A stretch of DNA of 64,000 nt from Nanobdellota archaeon (GTDB taxonomy: Archaea > Nanobdellota > Nanobdellia > Pacearchaeales > GW2011-AR1): contig JAUSIK010000013.1 in assembly GCA_030648155.1 (NCBI GenBank), positions 65,924-129,923 on the forward strand, in the 5' to 3' direction. Shown one piece after another: positions 48,788 through 59,623 of this stretch. Numbering within the stretch: position 1 is the first letter of the stretch; every line of letters begins with the position of its first letter. The notes beneath the pieces were generated by a model. That model worked only from the letters and a program-made list of their open reading frames with translations, had not been told where the DNA came from and did not search any database. Position numbers and translations under genes: made by a program.

Positions 48788-49729
48788 TTATCCTGCCTTT
48801 TTTTCTTTATTTTTGTCTGAAGGGGAGACTTTTGATCTTATTTTATCTTCTAATTTTAGTTTATCAATAAGCTCTTTATAACGATTTCTTATAGTTACTT
48901 CTGTTATTCCAGCTACATCCGCAACTTCTCTTTGAGTGCGTTTTTCATCGTTAAGGAGAGAGGCTACATAAAGAGCTGCAGCTGCGATTCCTGCCGGACC
49001 TCGACCAGAGGTTAATTCTACAATATCTGCTTTTTTTAGAATCTTTAGAGCATCATTCTGGCTTTTTGGAGTTAGATGCAAAATAGATGCGAATCTAGAA
49101 ATATAGTCTTTAGGCGAAGAAGGAGTTACTTTAATTTTTAATTTTCTTACTATAAATCTATAGGTTCTTCCTATTTCTTTTCTTTCTACGTCTGATGCAC
49201 CTGCTATTTCATCTAATGTTCGTGGGATATTGTATGAACGACAGGCTGCGTAAATACACGCTGCGATTACAGATTCCATTGATCTTCCACGAACTAGACC
49301 TCTTTGAAGAACATAATTATAGATTCTTGATGCTTCATCTCTTATTACTGAAGGTAGACTCAAGAATGAGGCTACTCTTCTCAATTCTGCCATTGCTAAT
49401 CTTAAATTTCTTTCAATTGATGTAGAAACTCTTTCTTGCCATTTTTTTAACCTCAAGAATTTACGAGTTTGCCCTGCTTCTAATTTATAGATATCTGAAA
49501 TTTCTCCGACGTTTGTGGTTAGACCTTTGTCATATTTTTGCATAGAAATAGGTGCGCCACCACGTCCTTTTTTTTCTGATTTGTCGAACTGGCCTCCTGC
49601 ATCCTGGCCTGTATCGACCATTTTTTCTTCGATAATTAGACCGCATTCATTGCATACTATTTCACCTTTTTGATCATCATAAGTAAGGTTTACACTTCCA
49701 CATTCCGGGCATCTTTTTACGTAGGTCAT
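48788..49729 (-). CDS. tfb: Transcription initiation factor TFB
   Basis: Zn ribbon CPECG...CNECG; cyclin repeats; TEVTIRNRYKEL. Confidence 0.97.
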   Translation of the reverse strand: MTYVKRCPECGSVNLTYDDQKGEIVCNECGLIIEEKMVDTGQDAGGQFDKSEKKGRGGAPISMQKYDKGLTTNVGEISDIYKLEAGQTRKFLRLKKWQERVSTSIERNLRLAMAELRRVASFLSLPSVIRDEASRIYNYVLQRGLVRGRSMESVIAACIYAACRSYNIPRTLDEIAGASDVERKEIGRTYRFIVRKLKIKVTPSSPKDYISRFASILHLTPKSQNDALKILKKADIVELTSGRGPAGIAAAALYVASLLNDEKRTQREVADVAGITEVTIRNRYKELIDKLKLEDKIRSKVSPSDKNKEKKAG

Positions 49730-49802
49730 AGAACTTAATCCAAAAGCTTTAAAAGAGTTACTATTTTCCTATATATAAAGCTTTCGGTGTTATCGACGAG
49801 GG

Positions 49803-50162
49803 TCAATCAACAAGAATAGCATTTACCATCCCTTCTTGTGAGGGTCTATTGGTAATTTTTGCTTTTCCTAGTGAAGTTTCGATAATAGCACTTTTCACAA
49901 GCCTATTTTGCCTTGCTAGAAATCTATTTTGAGGAGTTTCTATAACATTTTTTATATTTGCTTTTTGAATTTTTCCTTTAACTAAAAGGTTTACAGTATT
50001 GGCTTTTAATAATATTGTTTTTCTTTTTCCCCCAGTAGGTCTTATTTTTTTACTTTTGTTTTCTCCAAGAATAACTGGCCTTTCTTGGTTTTTCTTTTCA
50101 TGATGCTTTTTCTTTCTACGTGCATGATATTTTCCGCCAGTTATTTTTCTTCCTAATTTCAT
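49803..50162 (-). CDS. rps8e: 30S ribosomal protein S8e
   Basis: RKITGGKY...GKAKITNRPSQEGMVNA. Confidence 0.93.
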   Translation of the reverse strand: MKLGRKITGGKYHARRKKKHHEKKNQERPVILGENKSKKIRPTGGKRKTILLKANTVNLLVKGKIQKANIKNVIETPQNRFLARQNRLVKSAIIETSLGKAKITNRPSQEGMVNAILVD

Positions 50163-50287
50163 ATAGGGAGGGAATAACAGTGGTTTATAAAGATTTCTAG
50201 AGGGTTTTTATTTACTAATTAATTCTACAGTTAACATACATAATTGACAAACGTAAAGTTTAAATACGGTTGTGATGAAAACTTGAT

Positions 50288-50533
50288 ATGGTTAATGGAA
50301 TAGAAAGACCTCTTGACTTGTTAAATCAGGCAAAAGGCAAAGAAGTTTTGATTCAACTAAAAGGGAATCAACAGTTTGTTGGAACTTTAATGGCATTTGA
50401 TATGCATATCAATGTGGCATTAGATAATGCAAAAGAAGTTGTTGATGGAGAAGTAAAGAAAAATATCGGATTGACATTCTTAAGAGGGGATACAATAATT
50501 TATATCTCGCCAGCATCTATATCTGCTAGATAA
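50288..50533 (+). CDS. Sm-like archaeal protein (Lsm)
   Basis: RPLDLL, GTLMAFDMHIN, LRGDTI. Confidence 0.93.
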   Translation: MVNGIERPLDLLNQAKGKEVLIQLKGNQQFVGTLMAFDMHINVALDNAKEVVDGEVKKNIGLTFLRGDTIIYISPASISAR

Positions 50534-50928
50534 TGGGCGAAGAAAAATATAGTTCTAAAATTGAGTTTGGTGATGATTGTTTAGATATTAAAATAAGTTA
50601 TGACGCTAGATTTACTAGAGAAGATTATAATCAGGCTTTAAATTATTTTGAATGGAGGGCTTCAAAACAAAATAATACGGTGGATAGGGATCAAATTGAG
50701 GTTTCACCTAAAGAAGGAGAAATAAGAAAAGTTGAAACAGCTTTAAGAGTTAAATTAAATGATGATCTGCTTGCTGAAAGGGCAAAAATATTAATTAAAG
50801 CGCCTTATGTTATTCCTTTGCTTGTTCAGGATTTAGTGCATTATAGGGAGAGTAATGAACTTTTAGAGGAAGAAGAGAGACTAATTGGTTATGCAATTAC
50901 TCAGCTTGAAAAGACTTTAGAGAAGTAA
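50533..50928 (+). CDS. Hypothetical protein
   Basis: TAATG-coupled to Sm gene. Confidence 0.55.
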   Translation: MGEEKYSSKIEFGDDCLDIKISYDARFTREDYNQALNYFEWRASKQNNTVDRDQIEVSPKEGEIRKVETALRVKLNDDLLAERAKILIKAPYVIPLLVQDLVHYRESNELLEEEERLIGYAITQLEKTLEK

Positions 50929-51813
50929 TGAATCAAAGTCTTTTGCTATGGATACTTTTTTGAAAACTTTTTTAGCTTCTTTTTCTATTTTTTGAAGATT
51001 ATATTCATAACGCTGTGAGATATGAGTGAGGATTAAATTTTTTACTTTTGCTTTTTTTGCAATTGTTGCTGCTTCTACCGAAGTCAGGTGCTTGAATTCT
51101 TTAGCATGCTCTTCTTCTTCAATGGAGAATGATGATTCTATTATTAGCAAGTCAGAGTCTTTAGCTATTTTTACTGCGTTTTCATTATATTTTGTATCTA
51201 ATATTAGTGATACTTTTCTTCCTTTTTCGATGTATGAAACTTGTGAGGCTTTTATTTTTTTATTATTAAATTTAATGTCTTTACCTTCTTGCAGGTTTTT
51301 TAGGAGTGGAGAATTTGGGAGTTTAAACTTTTTAATTTTATTTTTATCAAGCCTTCTTTTTTCTTTTATTATGAATGCATAAGCATTGCAACGCGAGGTA
51401 TGATCCATTGGTTTAGTTTCTACAGTAAAATCTTTTTCATCAATAAATACTTGGTTTTCTACTTCATGGACTTCTAACGGTATCTTAATGTGGACTAATT
51501 CCTGCAATAGAGACATATAATGCTTTGTTCCTTTAGGGCCATATAATTTTAGCGTTTTGTTGTAGCCTTGCATTGCTAAAGTTTGCAATAGTCCAGGAAG
51601 GCCTAGAACATGATCACCATGCCAGTGTGTAATTAGGATTCTTGTTATTTTTGAAGGGCTAATTTCTGCTATTTTAAATTGGCGCTGTGTCCCTTCACCG
51701 CAATCTAAAAGAATATTTTCATTCTTATATGAAAGAAGAATAGCTGAATGGTTTCGAGTTTTTGATGGAATAGAATTTGAAGTTCCAAGAAAGTTAAGGT
51801 TTATTTTTTCCAT
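50917..51813 (-). CDS. rnz: Ribonuclease Z
   Basis: DCGEGTQRQ, THWHGDH, THISQRY. Confidence 0.96.
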   Translation of the reverse strand: MEKINLNFLGTSNSIPSKTRNHSAILLSYKNENILLDCGEGTQRQFKIAEISPSKITRILITHWHGDHVLGLPGLLQTLAMQGYNKTLKLYGPKGTKHYMSLLQELVHIKIPLEVHEVENQVFIDEKDFTVETKPMDHTSRCNAYAFIIKEKRRLDKNKIKKFKLPNSPLLKNLQEGKDIKFNNKKIKASQVSYIEKGRKVSLILDTKYNENAVKIAKDSDLLIIESSFSIEEEEHAKEFKHLTSVEAATIAKKAKVKNLILTHISQRYEYNLQKIEKEAKKVFKKVSIAKDFDSLLL

Positions 51814-51848
51814 TTTTTTAAGAAGTGAAAGGTGTTTAAATAGGTTAC

Positions 51849-52532
51849 TTAGCGTTTGATTGTTAGGGCTTTTATATCATCCTGCCAGGGTAATTCTCGC
51901 AATTCTGAAAGGTAATATGTAATAAATCTAATTGGATATGCTCTTAGTTTTTTTTGATAATGGTCATTTGAGGAACTTTGCAAGATTTTTCCATTATGAA
52001 TGCTAATGAGTTCTTCTGCGAAAGGAGAATTAAAATATAAACTTGTAAATTCCTTATTAGTTTTGTAGGATTTTCTTTTGGCGTTTAATCTAATTCCCCC
52101 TTTATCTTTAAGAAGATATTCTTCTAGGGTTTTGTTTGATTGGTGAGGCTCTTTTGCAGGTTTTGATAGATTTAATCTATGGATTCTTTCCCATTTTCTA
52201 TAAGAGGGGAGCCATTCTTTTGGAATTGATTGTCGTTGAGCGAATGAAAGGTACAATTCAAAATGATATAATGCATCTACTCTGTTGTTTGTCTCAAATT
52301 TTTCCAAATCTAGAAACTCAACATTTGATTTAGGGCTTTGAGGTTTTACGCAGACTTGGTATTTTTTAGATTTGCCGTTGTTAAGAACTGAAAGACTTAG
52401 TCTAACGGGTTTATTATTATAATTAAAGTATAAGGAGTAATGAAATGCATCTTTTTCTTCTTCTGTTTTTATTGTTAATGCAATATTAGCTCTATCAACA
52501 ATTAATGAAAGAGAGGAATTTATATTTTTCAT
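51849..52532 (-). CDS. Hypothetical protein
   Basis: 227-aa ORF. Confidence 0.55.
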   Translation of the reverse strand: MKNINSSLSLIVDRANIALTIKTEEEKDAFHYSLYFNYNNKPVRLSLSVLNNGKSKKYQVCVKPQSPKSNVEFLDLEKFETNNRVDALYHFELYLSFAQRQSIPKEWLPSYRKWERIHRLNLSKPAKEPHQSNKTLEEYLLKDKGGIRLNAKRKSYKTNKEFTSLYFNSPFAEELISIHNGKILQSSSNDHYQKKLRAYPIRFITYYLSELRELPWQDDIKALTIKR

Positions 52533-52633
52533 TAGGATTTGTCAATTTGATATTATTTAAACCTTTTTTAGTATTTGTTTGAGTAGTAACGGGGCGAAGA
52601 AAAGTTTAAATAGGGATTTAGAATATTTTAATC

Positions 52634-52831
52634 ATGGATAAATGGAGTGAATTATTACTGGGATTGATTTTAGTAATTGTTCCTATCGTGATTGCATTTT
52701 ATTCTCAAAGTTGGGGAGCCTGGGATTTTTGGAGTGCTGCTTGGAATTTCTTTAAGGGCGGATTATTCTGGGTGGTTGTAATGGTTGGTGTTTTATTCAT
52801 TCTTTTAGGTATTAGTGATTTGAAGGGATAG
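52634..52831 (+). CDS. Small membrane protein
   Basis: Two TM helices; TTTAAATA box upstream. Confidence 0.65.
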   Translation: MDKWSELLLGLILVIVPIVIAFYSQSWGAWDFWSAAWNFFKGGLFWVVVMVGVLFILLGISDLKG

Positions 52832-52833
52832 AT

Positions 52834-53286
52834 ATGGATTATAGAGAAGAGCTGAATAGGGCAGATGAAGAGATTAAAGATTCTTATGAATGGGATGTTA
52901 TTTCTAAATATACTTGTATAATTGACAAAGTTTACAGGCAAACTGCAAAGATACTGAAAATTGCTGAAGTAGAAAGAGTAACTTTAAAGCGAGGAGATTA
53001 TTTTTTTACTAGTGAAGGGGAGCTGTATCATCAGCACGTTAGTCGAAGAGGGAGTATAGGAACTATAAGTTTTATTCATAGTGCGGATAATCTTTCTGAA
53101 ACTTCAATAATGAGTTTTGCTCCAAGATTATTAAAATCTTCATCTGAAGGTTATCAAAATTTGTCAAATGGAGAGATTTCTCAAAGAGTTTTAAGGGAGT
53201 TTATTGATGATCTTGTAATTAGTAGCTATGAAGCTGTAGGTCAAAAACTGGAATTAAAACAGTTGGATATGGTAAAGGATAGGTAA
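52834..53286 (+). CDS. Hypothetical protein
   Basis: Operonic ORF. Confidence 0.55.
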   Translation: MDYREELNRADEEIKDSYEWDVISKYTCIIDKVYRQTAKILKIAEVERVTLKRGDYFFTSEGELYHQHVSRRGSIGTISFIHSADNLSETSIMSFAPRLLKSSSEGYQNLSNGEISQRVLREFIDDLVISSYEAVGQKLELKQLDMVKDR

Positions 53287-53287
53287 G

Positions 53288-53656
53288 ATGGAATATAGAG
53301 AAGACTTTATGGTTTTTGGAGAAGAGCTGGATAGGTTGGGGTTGGTTTATAGCCACACTAACGTTAATAATGTTTTAAAAGGAACTAATTTCTCTTCAAT
53401 GTATTTTATTGCTAAAAAACCTGGACTCTTAAAACGTGTTTTTGGAGATGGATCTTACGATTCTGTAGGAGATATAGTTTCTAACTTTTTTGATTATGAG
53501 CATAGTTGTGATATTTGTCCTTTAAGAATAGAAGTTATTAATCAAAAATATGCTCCAAAATTAAGGGAATTTGCTAAAAGTTATCGGGACAGAACTGGAA
53601 GGGAAGTTGAATTGATTATTGATGATGGGGTAGAATCGTCAAGAGCTATGAAATAA
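53288..53656 (+). CDS. Hypothetical protein
   Basis: Operonic ORF. Confidence 0.55.
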   Translation: MEYREDFMVFGEELDRLGLVYSHTNVNNVLKGTNFSSMYFIAKKPGLLKRVFGDGSYDSVGDIVSNFFDYEHSCDICPLRIEVINQKYAPKLREFAKSYRDRTGREVELIIDDGVESSRAMK

Positions 53657-53724
53657 TTGATATTAAGGTTTCTTTAGTTTAGATGCATGATAATAGGTAA
53701 ATTTAATAATAACATTTATTTGTT

Positions 53725-54105
53725 TTGAGTATGAATGGAAAGAGGGTTGTCAAAGTTTTAGGAATTTTAAGTATTGTTTATGCGGCATTACATATTTTAT
53801 TTATTCTTTTAGTTTTTTCCTCTTTATACATATTTAGTAATGTTTTTGGAGGAAATTCTTCTTGGTTTCTTGATTTAATAACTCAGAGGAATGCTCTCTT
53901 GCTAGAGATTCTTGTATTCTCTTTAATTTATTTTTCATTATATATTTTAGCTGGAATTGGATTAGTTAATTATAAAGACTGGGCTAGAACTTTATTGATA
54001 GTTTTGTCTATAGTTGGTTTGTTATACTTTCCTATAGGGACCATTGTAGGAATAATATTTTTGATATTCTTATTTAATAAAGATGTTTCTAAAACATTAA
54101 ATTAA
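53725..54105 (+). CDS. Membrane protein
   Basis: Four TM helices; WAR and FPIGT motifs. Confidence 0.65.
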   Translation: MSMNGKRVVKVLGILSIVYAALHILFILLVFSSLYIFSNVFGGNSSWFLDLITQRNALLLEILVFSLIYFSLYILAGIGLVNYKDWARTLLIVLSIVGLLYFPIGTIVGIIFLIFLFNKDVSKTLN

Positions 54106-54146
54106 ATCTTCGCAATTAATATATACTTTAACTTGTTTTTTACTTT

Positions 54147-55307
54147 ATGACAGAATGCAGAATATGCGGGGAAGAGGATTGCAAAGAACACAGCATGTTC
54201 ATTGGGAAGGTTAGAAAAATTGATAGTTTTTCTGGAAGTTCTCCCCCTGAAGTTTTTGTGGGGAAATGGAATTATCCAAATGTATATGTGGGCATATTGT
54301 CGCCTGAAGAGTATGGGAATACAAAAATTATGTCTAGCCATGAAGAGTGGCATTCTAAAAAACTAGAAATACAGGATGTTGTAAATTTAAGGAACAAATT
54401 AATATACGGCAGAACGCAGAATAATATTAAAAAAGTTTTAAATGCAAATAGATTTATGAGTGTACTGCAGGAGGTTGCAATGACTTCTAAATCAGTTGCA
54501 AGCCAGTTTGTTTTAAAGAAACCAATTAGCAGGAATGATGAAAAAGAGAATAGGGTGCCTTTGATATCCAACGCTGCCCCTGTCGAGAGTGTGAAACTAG
54601 AGGAGAACCCTAAGATAGAAAAGAAGGTTGAATATTTAGTTGGGGATAGAGATGTTAAATCTAAACAGGCTTTAATTGAACTTGAAAAAGGAGGGATCGA
54701 TACTTCGACCATGATAAAATTACTATCTGCTGGATTATTAGGGGTGGGGAAGAATAGGAAATTAGTTCCAACTAGATGGAGTATAACAGCAGTGGATTCT
54801 AATTTATCAGAAGAAAAAATTGATAAGATAAAGTATTATTCCAGTATATCTGATTACATGGTTTTTCATGATGAGTATGTAGGAAATCATTATGAGATTT
54901 TATTAATTCCAAGATACTGGAGTTTCGAGGTAATAGAAATTTCTTTAAAGAATTTTGGAATATGGAAAGATTATGAGACTATTTTTAAAAGGAAAAAATA
55001 TGCAGAATCAGTTACAGGAGCTTATTATGCAAATAGACTAGGGGTAACTGAATATTTAGAAAGCATAAGGAGGCAGGCTACTGTATTAATTTTTAGAGAG
55101 ATTAAGCCTGAATACTATGCACCTTTGGGCGTGGGAATATTAAGAGAAACAACTAGAAGCGCAATGAAAGGAGAGGGGAAAAAATTTAGTAATTTGAAAG
55201 AGGCTTTAGATGATATTCAGACTAGATTAAGAATTCCTGTAGGGAGATATTTGAAAGAAAGTTCATTAATGATTGAAATGCAACAGAGGAGTTTAAGTGA
55301 TTTTTAG
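54147..55307 (+). CDS. nreA: Nre family DNA repair protein
   Basis: GSSPPEVFVG, LVPTRWSITAVD, PLGV, C-terminal PIP box QRSLSDF. Confidence 0.9.
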   Translation: MTECRICGEEDCKEHSMFIGKVRKIDSFSGSSPPEVFVGKWNYPNVYVGILSPEEYGNTKIMSSHEEWHSKKLEIQDVVNLRNKLIYGRTQNNIKKVLNANRFMSVLQEVAMTSKSVASQFVLKKPISRNDEKENRVPLISNAAPVESVKLEENPKIEKKVEYLVGDRDVKSKQALIELEKGGIDTSTMIKLLSAGLLGVGKNRKLVPTRWSITAVDSNLSEEKIDKIKYYSSISDYMVFHDEYVGNHYEILLIPRYWSFEVIEISLKNFGIWKDYETIFKRKKYAESVTGAYYANRLGVTEYLESIRRQATVLIFREIKPEYYAPLGVGILRETTRSAMKGEGKKFSNLKEALDDIQTRLRIPVGRYLKESSLMIEMQQRSLSDF

Positions 55308-55313
55308 AGGATA

Positions 55314-55868
55314 TCACTTTTTACCAACAGCTTCCTTGATATTTTTGTTAAGTTGGCGCATAGACTCTTCTAACTGCTGTTTATTCTTTGTACCAGTACA
55401 GACTAGTTTTCCATTGCTAAATAAAAGGAAGGTGGCTGTTGGGTCTGTAAGCTTATATACAAGCCCTGGAAACTGCTCTGGTTCATATTCTGTGTTTTCT
55501 AATTGAAGAGCTAAAACATTAAGATTAAGACTTAAATCAATGCTTCCAGATGCAACAATATTTTGAACTGTAATTTTTGGCTTGTCTGTTATTCTTACCC
55601 CAATTTTTGCTATTTGTTTTATAACTTGCTCTATTACTTCTTTTACTTGCGCTACACTTTTAGTTCCTGTGCAAACAAGATTTCCTGATGAGAAAACTAA
55701 AACTGCCGATTTAGGCTTTTTAATTCTTAAAACTAGACCTGGGAATTGTTCGGGATTATACTCTGTATTAGACTGTACACGAGCTAATTTTGTTAGAGAG
55801 ACTGGTTTTCCAAGGGACGTCGTAGCAACAATATTTTGAACCTTTAAATTAGAGTTAGATTCTGCCAT
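55314..55868 (-). CDS. tbp: TATA-binding protein
   Basis: Two repeats NIVA...YxPEQFPGLV...FSxGxLVCTGTK. Confidence 0.97.
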   Translation of the reverse strand: MAESNSNLKVQNIVATTSLGKPVSLTKLARVQSNTEYNPEQFPGLVLRIKKPKSAVLVFSSGNLVCTGTKSVAQVKEVIEQVIKQIAKIGVRITDKPKITVQNIVASGSIDLSLNLNVLALQLENTEYEPEQFPGLVYKLTDPTATFLLFSNGKLVCTGTKNKQQLEESMRQLNKNIKEAVGKK

Positions 55869-55978
55869 TTTATCATTCTTTATGTTATTTAAAAAGGAAG
55901 ATGCTTTATAAAGCTTTCTTTTAGGCCTGTTGTTCGGAAAATACTAAAATATTAATACACTTGAGCATATAAACGAAT

Positions 55979-56386
55979 GTGGAAAAGACCCATCGTTCAT
56001 CTATTCGTGAGAAGAAAGTTAAGAAAGAAGATATTAATGATGAGAACTATCCTGGGAAGCTAATAATTGAGTGGAGGAATAGAGCACACAGTCCATTTGG
56101 GGAGTATATATTAAGGTATGACAAAGGAATTTTTCAGCAGAGGATTTATTATGAACTGGATAAAAAATATGGATTTTACATATTATACTTTAACGGGAGT
56201 TGTTTTGGGACAATTCCTAAGGGCAAGTCGGCCGAAGAGGATCAGGAGAGTGTAAATAAAAGGTTATATGAAAAAATCAATTTAGAAGCGCTTTACCAAC
56301 TTGAACTTGTAAATGATAAGTCGAAAGGTAGAGAAATTACACTAGAGGGAAAAATTCATATTTTTGAGAAAAAGCAGGTTTTATGA
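55979..56386 (+). CDS. Hypothetical protein
   Basis: 135-aa ORF. Confidence 0.5.
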   Translation: MEKTHRSSIREKKVKKEDINDENYPGKLIIEWRNRAHSPFGEYILRYDKGIFQQRIYYELDKKYGFYILYFNGSCFGTIPKGKSAEEDQESVNKRLYEKINLEALYQLELVNDKSKGREITLEGKIHIFEKKQVL

Positions 56387-56587
56387 TTTTTTATGGGGCA
56401 TATTTATTTCTTTTTTCTTTTTTTTCTTTCTTTTATAATACTCTTCTAAAGGATCATTAGGATTTACTAAATCTGGCTCTTGAAACTTTTCATCACTTTC
56501 ACTTTTTTCATAATTCCCTTGGTGTTTCACAATAGGTCTAGGGGAATTTATTAGAAATATGTACGCTGTTTTTAACAGGCTTCTTTT

Positions 56588-58270
56588 CTATTTGGATTCT
56601 ATTTGTATGTCCTTTAATGAGGCTATATCATGAATGCCTCTTTCTGGACGGAAATGAGTTATTCTTGGGAAACGAAGGGCGTAGCCTGATGAATATGCTG
56701 AAGATTTTTGGATGTTTTGATAAGTTACTGAAACTACTAACTTAGGTTTTATTTTTACTTCTTTTTCTTTTTCTTCAAGGATTAACGGCTTAAGGAGATT
56801 AGTCATTTCTTCATAAGTTGTAGATTGATCTTCGTCTTCTTTTTCCTTAAGACCTGATGAAACTTTTCCTACTTCTAAAAATTTTTCAGAGTCTGAATCG
56901 GCTTTACAGGCTACGATATAAGATGTTAGCCATCCAGCTCTTTTTCCTGATCCGTACTCTGCTCCAACTATTACTAAATCAAGATCCTGGACATCTGGCT
57001 TCATTTTTATCATATATCCTACTCTGCGACCTGCTTGATATGGGGCATCTAATTTTTTCATCATTATTCCTTCCTCTCCTGATGAAAGTGTTTTTGTATA
57101 GAATTCTAGGGCTTTTTTTTCATCGTCTGTTACAAATTGCATAGAGGGGCGTATTTTTTTATCTACAATAGGAATTAATTTTTCCAGTATTTTTCTTCGT
57201 TCTTTAAACTGCTCCGATGCAATAATTTTTCCATTTAAATATATTATATCAAAAACATTTATCTCAACTGGAAGAATTTTTATCAGCTTTTCTATATCGT
57301 ACTTTCTTTTAATTCTTTGGCTGATCGCTTCAAAAGGCAGATACTTTTTTGTTTCTGGATTAAATCCAACTACCTCGGTATCTAAAATAAATGAATTTGC
57401 TTTTAAATGTTTTTTTATTGCTTCTACTACATCTGGAAATTGAGATGTGACATTTTCTAAGCGTCTAGTGAATAGTGAGATAATTCCTTTTTCATCTTTA
57501 TTGATCATTACACGGAATCCATCATATTTGTGCTCGATGGCTGCGGGTTTTCCACATATTCTGAATGCTTCTTCTATATTTGTTACTTTGATTGGAAGCA
57601 TTACTTTTATTGGTTTTCCTGGCATGATTGTTATTTCTTCGAGATGTTTTTTTCCTTTGGATGCTGACTCAAAAATTACTGCATAATCATTGGAAATATC
57701 GTAGGCCCTTTCTATTGCTTCTGACATGGATTCATTTGGAAAAAATGCTTCTGCCAATGCATCTCTTAATACACCATCTGCTACGCCAATACGAAGGTCA
57801 GAGAGAAGGGTTCGAATTATATATTTTGCTTCTTTTCCTGAAGCAGAATTAAGAATTTCTATTATAATAGATAATTTTTTTTCAACTGCACCATGGCCTT
57901 GTATTTCTACTAATTTTCTTAAGTTTTCAAAGATTTTTTCTGCTGTTAATTTTGAGTTAAACAGCGTAGATTGTTTTCTTTTACCTATAAATGCATCTGC
58001 TATTGCACCTAGATCCCCTAATTTTTTGTATTTTTTATATAGGTCTGTTTCAGATGTTCCAGATGCTTTCGAAATAGCCTTAATTACTAGTTTGTCGGAT
58101 ATTCCAAATTCTTTAGAATCATAATCTGGAAATACTTTTCCTTTTAGAAGGTAAATTAATTCTGATTTTTTTAGTTTTTTTAGAAAGCTTGCTAGAATTG
58201 AAACTTTTTCTAAACGCTTTGGGGTTTGGGACAGGGATTCATAGAGTTCTATAAATTCAGAGTATTGCAT
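56588..58270 (-). CDS. lig: ATP-dependent DNA ligase
   Basis: EHKYDGFR, EGIMMK, ALRFPR. Confidence 0.96.
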   Translation of the reverse strand: MQYSEFIELYESLSQTPKRLEKVSILASFLKKLKKSELIYLLKGKVFPDYDSKEFGISDKLVIKAISKASGTSETDLYKKYKKLGDLGAIADAFIGKRKQSTLFNSKLTAEKIFENLRKLVEIQGHGAVEKKLSIIIEILNSASGKEAKYIIRTLLSDLRIGVADGVLRDALAEAFFPNESMSEAIERAYDISNDYAVIFESASKGKKHLEEITIMPGKPIKVMLPIKVTNIEEAFRICGKPAAIEHKYDGFRVMINKDEKGIISLFTRRLENVTSQFPDVVEAIKKHLKANSFILDTEVVGFNPETKKYLPFEAISQRIKRKYDIEKLIKILPVEINVFDIIYLNGKIIASEQFKERRKILEKLIPIVDKKIRPSMQFVTDDEKKALEFYTKTLSSGEEGIMMKKLDAPYQAGRRVGYMIKMKPDVQDLDLVIVGAEYGSGKRAGWLTSYIVACKADSDSEKFLEVGKVSSGLKEKEDEDQSTTYEEMTNLLKPLILEEKEKEVKIKPKLVVSVTYQNIQKSSAYSSGYALRFPRITHFRPERGIHDIASLKDIQIESK

Positions 58271-58381
58271 TATTTAGGAAATGAAGATGTTTATTTAAGG
58301 GTTATGGGAAGGTAATTGTATAATGTTTAAATTGTTTAAGATTAATAATTACAAGTTACTTTGTGAAGTATATTAATTGAG

Positions 58382-58510
58382 ATGACTGGAAAAATGGAAA
58401 TTTATTATATGGATGATTGGGATTTATTAGAAATGTATGCGGGTGAATCTAAGGCTGATTATGGGGAAATATTGGAAGTTTTTAATGGTTGTTTTGAAAT
58501 TGATGATTGA
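58382..58510 (+). CDS. Short acidic ORF, possible DUF2283-like fragment
   Basis: MTGKMEIYYMDDWDLLEMYAGE...; 42 aa, not in ORF track. Confidence 0.3.
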   Translation: MTGKMEIYYMDDWDLLEMYAGESKADYGEILEVFNGCFEIDD

Positions 58511-58522
58511 AAGACAATAATA

Positions 58523-59221
58523 TTAAATCCATCCTCGCTTTTTTATGCCTTCATTAGTTATTTGGAAAGTGAGTTCTTTTTCTGGGAGAGAGCGATGTTT
58601 TTTAATATAGAGTGTCCTTTTACCTTTTTCATTTGAGAGCTCAATATGGCATTTGCTCCAATATTTTAGTATATCTCCTCCAACCATTCTTTTTTCATCA
58701 TCCCAATTATATATTTGATTTGTAATGATACAAGGAATTTCTCTTTTTCTTGAAATTTCTGCCAGTGTTCTAATTTGATTAACTAATTCAGAATTTATTT
58801 TTTGCATTTCTTTATTTTCTCTATCTGGGAGGGAGTTTCTTGCGGATGCGAATTCTAGCCTATAAAGTATTGTAAGGCCATCTACTATAATTAGAGACAC
58901 TTCATCTTTTAAGTGTTTTAAAAGGGTTTTGAAGGCTTCAATTTGCTCTTGGAAATTTGTCGGCTTTAGAAGAAAGATATTTTTTAAGACTTCTTCTGTT
59001 TTTTCTGGAGCTAATTGTTTTACTCTTTCAATTGAAAAACCTCCTTCAGTGTCTATATAAATGACCTTATTTCCTTTTTTTGCTTGAGAAACTGCCGTCA
59101 AAAGGCAGAAATTGGTTTTTCCTGATCCTGAAGGGCCATATATAACAGTTACTATATCTGTTTCATATCCCCCATGAAGAAGGGTGTTTAAATCGAATGA
59201 CCCTGCAGATATTTTTACCAT
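58523..59221 (-). CDS. radB: DNA repair and recombination protein RadB
   Basis: GPSGSGKTN, YIDTEGG, TNQ, KHRS motif; ATG at 59221 preferred. Confidence 0.93.
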   Translation of the reverse strand: MVKISAGSFDLNTLLHGGYETDIVTVIYGPSGSGKTNFCLLTAVSQAKKGNKVIYIDTEGGFSIERVKQLAPEKTEEVLKNIFLLKPTNFQEQIEAFKTLLKHLKDEVSLIIVDGLTILYRLEFASARNSLPDRENKEMQKINSELVNQIRTLAEISRKREIPCIITNQIYNWDDEKRMVGGDILKYWSKCHIELSNEKGKRTLYIKKHRSLPEKELTFQITNEGIKKRGWI

Positions 59222-59276
59222 GATTATACGTATCATTGGCATATATAAAAATAACTAAATGAAAAAATATATTTGT

Positions 59277-59471
59277 TTATCTTCGTCTTTTTGAAGATTT
59301 TATTGCTTTTGATGGCATTGAATGATTGAAACACTTTTTGCATGTGAATGAATGAACTAACAGAATAATTCCTGCTACTAGTATTATCCACATTGAGTAG
59401 TCTACATTATCCCATATCGCAGCTAATATTATAATAATAGCTAAAACTGCCTCGCAAATGCTTTTACACAT
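59277..59471 (-). CDS. Small membrane protein
   Basis: Two TM helices; AGGAGGT RBS. Confidence 0.65.
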   Translation of the reverse strand: MCKSICEAVLAIIIILAAIWDNVDYSMWIILVAGIILLVHSFTCKKCFNHSMPSKAIKSSKRRR

Positions 59472-59623
59472 AAATTCAACCTCCTTTTTTTATTTACTAT
59501 AGGATGATTAAAGGGTTAATAAAGTTAACTTTTTTGGGGTTGTGAAGTTAGCGTCAGGTAAAAAACTAGAAACATCGTTTCGGAACGAAAAATATATAAG
59601 CTTTAACTTTCAAAGATGACATT

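Noticed and set aside
56380-56587. Open frame continuing after the ligase TAG (readthrough or recoding?)
   Set aside because: Ligase is complete at the stop and other genes end normally at TAG; at most a small separate ORF.
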